Assembly (NCBI GenBank): GCA_964016885.1
Contig: OZ024740.1
Span: forward strand, 198,648,001-198,712,000
Source: Eledone cirrhosa
Lineage: Eukaryota
DNA length: 64,000 nucleotides
Reading direction: 5' to 3'
This document shows, piece after piece, positions 54,491 through 64,000 of the stretch. The position numbers and the translations under genes are program-made. How positions within the stretch are numbered: position 1 is the first letter of the stretch; every line of letters starts with the position of its first letter. The notes beneath the pieces are model-generated. The model was not told where the DNA came from. It ran no database searches and saw nothing but the letters and a program-made list of their open reading frames with translations.

Positions 54491-55315
54491 TAGTATCATA
54501 AATAAGAGACAGTTTATTTGTATACTTTATTACAGCATTCCTTTATACGTATATATACATACATAGACGTTATTTACAGTTGTATATAAAATAAGTATAA
54601 CTGCTTCTACTTTTGGCACAAGGCCAGCAATTACTCCAGTATATTACTGGTACTTTATTATATAAAATATATATAATACGACATTCCTCTCTCTTTCTTA
54701 CTCTGTCTTTTTAGATAAATACACAGCTATAACGTCGCACCCTTACAATATCTGTCTGTATGCCTGCCTGTCTGCATTGACTTAGCTTCTAACCAATTTT
54801 AATTAATTATATATTATATATATATATATATATAGTATTAAGGGTACTATTTATGGTTATGTATGCAATAAAACCTTTGATGGTAATATATTATATATAC
54901 ACAAACCCTAAATAGTGAGAGATAGTAATAACTTAATAACTTAATAATTCAGCATATATTATATTATAAGATCAATTGCCTGCTTCAACTGCATGACCCT
55001 GCAAATATCATTCTGACGCACTCTAATCATGTATAGATAAGACAAGCGTGCATGCTACACGGGAGATTGCTTCATGCACTGACTACTCTAAGCTTTCCTC
55101 TTGCTTTATCTTCATAGACTGCCAACGCTTCATGTTTATCTTTATTTTCACTCTTGCTTTTATTTTATTTTATTTTTATTTTTATCATGTAACATTTTAT
55201 ATGTAAATTGCCATGCTATTTCATTTGATGAATGTCACCCCACTGTTGATCAATATGCACATATGTTTTATGTGTCTCTTGGGTTGAAAAGGAGGTCAAG
55301 TATGTTATAAATAAC

Positions 55316-55362
55316 TGCTCCGAAGAATCCAAACCTCGGTTTGGAGGAAACAATTGTAAGCA
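55316..55362 (+). ncRNA. Minimal hammerhead variant, core CCGAAGA, solo pseudo-LTR
   Basis: tgct CCGAAGA atccaaac-ctcg-gtttggag GAAA caattg TA agca aataaa. Confidence 0.75.
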
Positions 55363-55394
55363 AATAAATGACTTAAACTGAACTTTGATTACTG

Positions 55395-55558
<164 letters not shown>

Positions 55559-55647
55559 TTATTTATTGTTATACTTTGGGAGGGTCACGTTGCCATAAGA
55601 AACACACGCACCCCTTGCATTCACTCCATATATATATATTCGTGTAC

Positions 55648-55912
55648 ATATTTTTCAACTGTAATACTATATATTTTCAACAGTAATACTGTACTATATA
55701 TTTTCAACAGTAATATTGTACCATATATCTTCAACAGTAATACTATGCTATATATTTTCAACAGTAATATTGTACTTTTTATTTTCAACATTAATACTAT
55801 AATATATATTTTCGACAGTAATACTATACTATATATTTTCAACAGTAATACTATACTATATATTTTCAACAGTAATACTATACTATATCTTTTAAACAGC
55901 AATACTATACTT
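55648..55912. repeat. 27-bp minisatellite, ~9-10 units
   Basis: Unit aacagtaatactatactatatattttc. Confidence 0.92.
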
Positions 55913-57859
55913 AAATGAAGAAGGATATTTGTATGTGGACCGAGATATTACATCTCCAGGTTTTATGCAAAAACTTAATCCCTGCCACGAAAAGACCTCA
56001 GGTCGTGTTTCCTAAAATGGTTATGGTTTGCAGTCACTTTTTTGCAGACATTTAAATGTAAAAATAATTCAAAAGCTTCGTTAAATGTAGAGTAGTTATG
56101 AAAAATCATCAGTTTTCAGGTGTAACCTATAAAAACTATCATTGTTAACATAGAAATATATTGTTGTTTCCAAAAAAACGCATTCATACTTTTAAAGATA
56201 ATTGTCCATTGATATAGGTTTAGAAATGAAATTAGTAAAATGTTGTCACAGATTTTATATCAGGTCAACAATGTTAGCCTGAACGTCAAATGTTCTGGCA
56301 AGTATTTATAAATTCCGAACGACAATGTGACTTGAAAGGGCGTGCGGTATCATTGCACTGGAGTTGAGGGGGGCTTCCTGAAAAGATGAAAAGATAAAAT
56401 GCGGTATACCTAGCCGGGCGCCAGTCGGACTAGACTTCTTTCATTCGAATGAAATCATCATAATGATGCCTGTAATCTGCTAATGTATTGAGTACATTCT
56501 TTTCTGTGCGGCTACCCCGATATTACTCGGGATATATATATTTATTGTTTATTTAATTATGCAATAGGCACCAGATGATGCCGCCCGGCTCCTAAGTAAA
56601 CAAACCGCTAGAATGGTTTTGCAACAATAAAACTTTAAAGGGATATTTCCATTTTGACCTTCTGTAGTTTGAATTACATTTAGCTAAGTTCTTGCAGCAG
56701 CAACGAGATACGACTTCAACGATGCATGAATATTTTACTTTGTGTGAAGTGTTAAGGTATTAGTTGATTTATTTATTAATTAACAATGACATTTATTTAT
56801 TTATTTATATTTTTAATAATTGTCTATTACCGGTTTCAGCATTTTTATGCATTATCAAATGATAATATTATGTATTGGTGTAGAATGGTGGTGTTGGACA
56901 TGTTAAAGAAATGGGGCGAAAGAATAATGTTATTTACAAACAAGGTTTATGAAGTGAAAAGAAAAAAGAAAAGGAAAGAAAGGGACAGAATATGGAGCAT
57001 AATAAGTCAATGTGAAAGAAAAAATAATGTTATTTACAGGCATAGTTCTTGAAGATAAGCAGATCAAAATGTGTTAATATAGCAAGAGTGCTTAGTTGAT
57101 CCATGATGGAGGTAAATGGTGGACTGGGGTTTGATATGATTTCCCTTTTTAGAGAGTTAATATGCAGGGGGAGGTAATTCATGGTGGATGATATTTAATT
57201 TATTTAAGAAAAAGGATTAGGTAGGGTGTGAGGGAGGTAACTCTTTAGAGAGACATAGGTATTTGTAAATGTTTGATTGTTCGTTCCAGTTTTAGTTAAG
57301 TCCGAAGTTTAGTGCATTAAGTAGAGGCTGGAATTTGTTAATGAAGTACGTTTCCTTATTGGTACGATGGATGAAAGTAATGTTGTCTATGAATTTGTAA
57401 ATGGGAAAAATGTTTCAAGTTTGGATGTTTGTTGACTGCACAATTGGCGAAATGTTCACTAAATGCAATCTTTCTGTATTCCTGTATTTTGATTTGTGAT
57501 TATGGACGGTCATACGTTGACAGAGGCTGTTTTTTGTCTGTCATATGTAGTGCTCTTGTTAACCAGAGCAGGTCAAAACATCGATTAGGCTTTCAGATGC
57601 ACATGTAAAGTTGTGTTTAACTGAAATGTTGTCCTTGTTTAAAATGGAATGTTGCACCTTCTATTAGATTCATGCATATGCCACAGTTGGGCCTTTCGCA
57701 TGTTGTTACTGTAGGGTTCATTGTGAGGGTTTGTTGGATTTTGGCTTGTGTTTTTTATGGATTTAGCTTGTCTTTTGCTCTTTATGATGTTGTGTGTTTC
57801 GAGGATTTTGTTCATTCTCGGGTCTCTTTTTAATAAAGGAATGTTCACGACCATCATTA

Positions 57860-60192
57860 CTTCCAACATAGAACCCAAAATACACAACTACCACATCATG
57901 TTTTAGACACAGCACACAGACACAGGATAGCATGATAAAACAAAACACGCAGGAGATACAAAATGTAATAAAAATTGTTAATTTAACCTCTAAAGAATTA
58001 ACAACAGACCAAATCAACATACTCTCCAAAGGTCTAACATTTACACCAACTCCCCAACAACCAAACTACCCCGAAATGAAGGAAGATATTGCAGAATTCT
58101 GTAGAAAACTAGATTCAGCGAGCAACTATACGGCAAATACAATGAGGATGACCCAATAGCCAGAAATAGAAGCAACTACACCCCACCAAAAGGCAAGAAC
58201 AAATTCCTCGATCAATTCTGCGAACACATTACTAATTACCCATACCACCACCTACAGTGACATAAACAAAAACCAAACCTAAGCAAAACAGAATTGAATG
58301 GTATTAACAGTCTAAAACACGACAAAACCCTAAAAATCAAAGAGCAGATAAAGGGAGTGCAGTGGTCCTTTTGGGGACAGATTATTACACGACTCTAGTA
58401 CTCTCAACTCTAGAAAACCAAACATATTATGAAAAGGCCCAACACTAGACACAACAGAAAATAATGAGAAACCTAAAATCCATAATAACTCTTTACAAAG
58501 AAGGCCTTACCGACAAGGAATACAACTACACCGCCAATTTCAAAAACAGAACCAGCCTCTTCTACGGTATCCCAAAGACACACAAAAGCGAAGTAATAGG
58601 CAGGGCCTGCAAGCAAGCCACAGACTGTTACATCAATATAGCCCCTCCTGATGACCTTAAATTAAGACCCATAATAGCAGGTACCACATGTGAAACCCAC
58701 CGCCTTAACAACTTCCTAGATATTCTGCTTAAACCTTTCCTAAAACACATAAAAAGCTTCATAAGGGACGATCTTGACATGCTCAACCACCTCCCAACAA
58801 CACTCAATAATGAACATACCCTACTAGTAACCTTTGATGTCATCAATTTATATTCCAATATCCCACATAACCTACGTATAGAGGCAATAGAAATCTGGTT
58901 TGAACATTTCTCTAGTGAACTCCCACAGCGCATCCCTAAAGAATTTGTGTTGGAGGGACTCAAATTTATCTTGGAAAACAATTTCTTCGAATTCAATGCC
59001 AAATACTACAGACAGAAATCTGGGACTGCCATGGGTACGAAAGTAGCCCCCTCATACGCCAACCTTGTCATGAGATATTTGGAAACCACTCTCTACCGCA
59101 ACCACTTCTACCAACACATAGAAAAGAACTGGAAGAGATATCTGGACGACTACTTCATCCTCTGGAATGAAAGTTTAGATAGACTGATTGAGTTTAAAAC
59201 CCTTTTCAATGGGCTCAACACTAACTTACAATTCACAATGGATTACAGCCATGAACAACTCCCTTTCCTCGACATCCTCATCAAGAAAACAAACAACAAA
59301 ATAGAAACAGACATATACTACAAACCCACAGACTCCAAACAATACCTTCCACTCAACTCGTGCCACCTTAGACACACCAAAATGGCAATTCCTTATAACC
59401 TAGCCAGAAGGATTTGCACAATACATTCAGATAAATACACATGCTACACACGACTAGAAGAATTAAAAAACACACTTATCAGCAGACGCTACCGACCATC
59501 CCTAATCAACAATGGATTCCAACGTGCCCTAAAACTCGACATCCAGGAACTCAGGCACCCCAAACCCAGGAATGAAACGCAACAGAAAACTCTACCATAC
59601 ATCTCCTCACACAACCCCCCTCAACAATGAGGCATTCGACACCATCCTCAAGAACATTCCTTTACTAAAAAGAAACCAAAGAATAAACAAAATCCTCCAA
59701 ACACACGACATCATAAAGAGCAAAAGACAACATAAATCCATAAAGAACATACTCACACAAGCCAAAATCCAACAAACACTCACAATGAACCCAACAGTAA
59801 CAAAATGCGGTATGCCCAACTGCGGCATATGCATAAATCTAATAGAAGGTTCAACATTCCATTCTAAACAAGGAAAACATTTCACAGTTAAACACCTAAT
59901 CTATGTTTTGACCTGCTCAGGTTGTCAAGAGCACTACATAGGACAGAAAAAAAGAGTCTCCGACAAACGTATGACCGTCCATAAATCACAAATCAAAATA
60001 CAGGAATACAGAAAGATTGCATTTAGTGAACATATCGCCAATTGTGCAGCCAACCAATATCGAAACTTTGAAATTTTCCCCATTTACAAATTCATAGACA
60101 ATGCTACTTTTTTCCATTATACCAATAAGGAAACGTATTTCATTAACAAATTCCAATCTCTACTTAATGCACTAAACTTCGGACTAAACTAA
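57860..60192 (+). pseudogene. Neptune-like PLE RT + Cys linker + GIY-YIG, frameshifted
   Basis: LSKGLTFTPTP, FYGIPKTHK, LRPIIAG, FDVINLYSNIP, GTAMGTKVAPSYANL, RYLDD, KCGMPNCGIC, LIYVLTCSGCQEHYIGQ. Confidence 0.92.
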
Positions 60193-60620
60193 AACTGGAA
60201 CGAACAATCAAACATTTACAAATACCCGTGTCTCTCTAAAGAGTTACCTCCCTCACACCCTACCTAATCCTTTTTCTTAAATAAATTAAATATCATCCAC
60301 TATGAATTACCTCCCCCTGCATATTAACTCTCTAAAAACGGAAATCATATCAAACCCCAGTCCACCCTTTGCTTCCATCATGGATCAACTAAGCACTCTT
60401 GCTATATTAACACATTTAGATTTGCTTATCTTCAAGAGCTATGCCTGTAAATAACATTATTTTTTCTTTCACGTTGTCTTATTATACTCCACACTACGCC
60501 CCTTTCTTTCATTTTTCTTTTTTCTTTTCACTTCATAAACCTTGATTGTAAATAACATTATTCTTTCGCCCCATTTCTTTAACATGTCCAACACCACCAT
60601 TCTACACCAATACATAATAT

Positions 60621-60657
60621 CATTTGATAATGCATAAAAATGCTGAAACCGGTAATA
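60621..60657 (+). ncRNA. Minimal hammerhead variant with U3-A8 core (mirror 56825-56861)
   Basis: at TTGATAA tgcat-aaaa-atgct GAAA ccgg TA at; palindromic ACCGGT loop III; stem I only 2 bp. Confidence 0.55.
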
Positions 60658-60849
60658 AACAATTATTAAATATATAAATAAATAGATAAATGCCATTGTT
60701 AATTAATAAATAAATCAACTGATACCTTAACACTTCACACAAAGTAAAATATTTCGTTTTAATCATTTTCTAACCCAGAAAAAAGAGAGAGAGAAATAAA
60801 AAGGGAAACAAATATTTTTTTTTCATAATAATCGTCTTTATCTCCCCAT

Positions 60850-60933
<84 letters not shown>

Positions 60934-61015
60934 TAACTCGCATGCTTCCTCTCCACATGTTATTATATGTATATATATATATACATTTATATATATATAT
61001 TTATATATATAAATG

Positions 61016-61046
<31 letters not shown>

Positions 61047-61215
61047 TTATTTACATAAATATATATTTATATATATATATATAAATACACACACTCACAC
61101 ACAGACACACGCCTATATACGCACCTATACATCAACACAGATACTTACAGGCACCCCCCCCACACACTCACACTCACTCACGAACACACACACACATACA
61201 CACACACACACACAT

Positions 61216-61263
<48 letters not shown>

Positions 61264-63329
61264 ATATATATATGCAAAGATAGATTGATAGGTATATAGA
61301 TGGATAAATGGAAAAAGAGAGCGTGATAATCAGAGAAAAACGAGAAGGAGCTTGTGCTTCTGCATTTTGGGGGTTACCAAATTTCACTCACAACGTATCG
61401 GTCAATTAAATGCTTTATCAGAAACAATATAAAACCGGAAAATATAATGTTTGTAAATGACAATAAATATCACACCGAAGCATTTAATCCGACGGATTAA
61501 CCATTTATTAAAAATGAGTCTAAAGTATCTACATATGTGTGCGTTTGTGTGCGTATCTATGTTGGTATGTTTGCTTGCATGAGTGTCTGTTTGAGCAATG
61601 CCAAAAGTCAATATTATTTGTAGTTATGCCACATTACTATGTCAAACTCTTTCCTATTTATATTATTTCTTCTTTCTATTTATTGCATTAATATTCTTTA
61701 TTTCACTCCCATTCTACCTAGAGACCTCTCCCATCCCCCGCTCTCTCACTATGTTCACCCCCTATCGTTCTATATAACTATCGGTCTATCTGTTTCTGAT
61801 ATATCATCGTTTCATTTATAAGGTCACTAGAGCGTTGAATACTTTTTCCGGATTATTGCGCATGGAATAAAAATCCGCCGTCAACCTTTCTGCGTTTCAT
61901 CACTTTAAGATCGATATAGATATTGCAAACTCATAGCAGACAGCCATTTCCATTCAAAATTTACATGTCATATGTTTCGCTGGATCAGTAAAGCAGGAGA
62001 CGGGGAACAGGACGTCTGATTGCGATTTCAGGGGCACGTAAATCTGCATATGAATGCATGGTGCTTACGACCAATTCAAAATAGTTTAGTATACGTAGAA
62101 GTATGTGGCTTACTAATTTGTAGTTGTGCAACATAATTGTTGTTATAGGTCAACTCCATAAGGTTTCAGCTGGCCTACTAAAAGGTTTCCTCTCTTAGGA
62201 GTTTGCTCATTGTTTCAATGTCCTCAATCTATTCATGAAAATCTCCCACGTGAAGCGGAAACCAGCCATTTGCAGGAATTTACATTCACATGTGTTTGGT
62301 ACTCACTTTTTCAGCTGTGAGGTATGGAGTGAGGTAAATTTAAGTGTTTTGCTCGAGGACACAACGCAAGGCTCGTTCCAGGAATGAAAACAACAACTTT
62401 ATGATAGTGAGTATAACATTCTACCGTACAGGCTTCGCACTGTCATGTTACGTAACAACACGTTGCCTGGTAAGTTACAATCATGAGCACCCAACTCTTT
62501 TGTCATTGTTTTTTTTTTTTCGTTTTTGTTTTGTTATACATATTATAGGAGGTGAATTGGCAGATTCATTAGAATGTCTGGTAGAATGCTTTGCAGTATT
62601 CGTCTCGACTCTCTGCTCTCTGACTTCAAATTCCGTCGTGGTCAACATTGCATTTCATCCATACGAGCTAGATTAAAAAAAGTACCAGTCAAGTACTGGG
62701 TCGATTCCTCCTCTATATCTCTTTCTCATTTCCTGTCTCTCATTTTCTATCTTTCTCTGGAAGAAATTTGCTGTATTGAGTTCTAGAGAGGGATGGGCAC
62801 CGCCAGGTTTAAAATGCCTCCAAAACGCTGTATGTCACACGGTGCCTCTATCAGGACTTTATCAGGAGTTACGGGACCATACATAATCATTCACACACGG
62901 TAGTGTGTGAATAATATTCTTAAGGTCAACTTTTTCCCAACGACAGCCACTTCTAGGTCTTGTCACTAATTCAGTTCTCAATCAAATTGCACTAGAATGG
63001 ACTCATCCCAGGCTACATTTTGTTATAAGGAAATTTAAATTTGGGTCAGTAGAAAAAAACTTACGCTAAAATATGTGGTCAAGTAGTGGGGGATAAGGCC
63101 CTTCATTGATTTTGACTCATTATAACTTTTTAAATCTCGAATATAATTTCATGCTACCTATTCCATTAGATAGAACTCGAGAACCTGAATCGAAATTTGT
63201 CAATATTGAAAAGATTGGTGCCTTAGAAATCGAGTTGTGTGACTTTAAGTGACGAAATCAGATGAATAGTAACGGTAAGGGACATAATTCTAGTATAAAT
63301 CCATCGTAGCTGTACTAAGTAGTTTCCCT

Positions 63330-64000
63330 TAATTATAGTTATTCACAAAAGGCTTGATGAAATTGTTGGAGATCCCCCCAAAATGGCATATCCTTTTGGA
63401 AAAATGAATCTTCTTTTGTTTGGTGATTTGATGCAATTGCCACCTGTAAATGAAAAACCAGTATTTTCTAGAATTTCATCATATGATGCCAAAAGAACAG
63501 AAATTGGCATTAGTGAGCATTCATTGTGGAAATACTTTCAATGTGATGAGCTAACCATTAATATGAGACAAAAAAACGACAAAGACAACTAAGTTGATAT
63601 TTTGGGAAGAATTAGGATTGGTTCCCCATCAGACTCTGATATTAGCATTCTTAAAAAAAGATGCCTATTTCATGATAGAAAAGCATCTGTTGAAGAAATT
63701 GCTAAAATATTGATTGAATTGTATTCTATTCCTGAATGTGTATGCATTTTACCTTTGAATGAAGCTGTTGATGAGTTGAATAATGAAACGATTAAAAAAT
63801 GCAACATAAATGCAGTGAAACTTGCTGCAAAAGATTCTGGTATGAGACAAGTAAATGGAAGAAAACTAAAAAATGTTGAAAAAGGCAAAAACAAGAAAAC
63901 CTCTGATACTGCTGGACTAAGAACATTGCTAAATGTTGGAATTGGAGCAAGAGTGATGTTGAAACGAAACATTGATGTAGATCAAGGTTTATGCAATGGT
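63330..64000 (+). pseudogene. PIF1-family helicase fragment, probably Helitron-type RepHel; runs off the window
   Basis: PFGKMNLLLFGDLMQLPPV, LTINMRQ, ILGRIRIG, IGARVMLKRNIDVDQGLCNG; in-frame stop at 63590. Confidence 0.85.

Larger units (their letters stand above)
56729..60753 (+). mobile_element. Neptune-like PLE with ~1.1-kb inverted 3' copy (56729-57846 vs 59650-60753)
   Basis: Arms are diverged reverse complements; the right end is close to (TA)n. Confidence 0.9.

Noticed and set aside
55648-55912. CRISPR-like array
   Set aside because: Contiguous 27-bp units without unique spacers, eukaryotic context, no cas genes

Overview
This is AT-rich, microsatellite-laden eukaryotic DNA, probably from an octopod cephalopod (inferred from the recurrent tRNA/Deu-domain SINE). 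No host gene can be called with confidence. The window is a dense nest of Penelope-like retroelements (PLEs; RT + GIY-YIG). These include one near-intact 751-aa Naiad-like ORF, several decayed Naiad-like copies, and a Poseidon-like and a Neptune-like copy. Most sit in (TA)n tracts, and many are built as tail-out inverted repeats. Reading both strands gives about 20 type-I hammerhead ribozyme (HHR) motifs from about 12 families, several with non-canonical cores (CAGAAGA, CCGAAGA, TTGATAA) or large stem-II inserts. The best candidate for a new system is three divergent non-coding units. Each couples an octamer (ATGCAAAT) and a TATA element at fixed 42-43 nt spacing to a minimal HHR in a long stem, resembling a newt satellite-2-like retrozyme. 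A shared ACTC...GAGT(G/A)CT hairpin also marks the end of the inverted arm in several PLE families. Other content: three SINE families, fragments of CR1, RTE, R4/Dong and L1-like LINEs, and a PIF1/Helitron helicase fragment. Most ORFs in the supplied track are microsatellite artefacts. All RNA folds and clade calls were made by eye.
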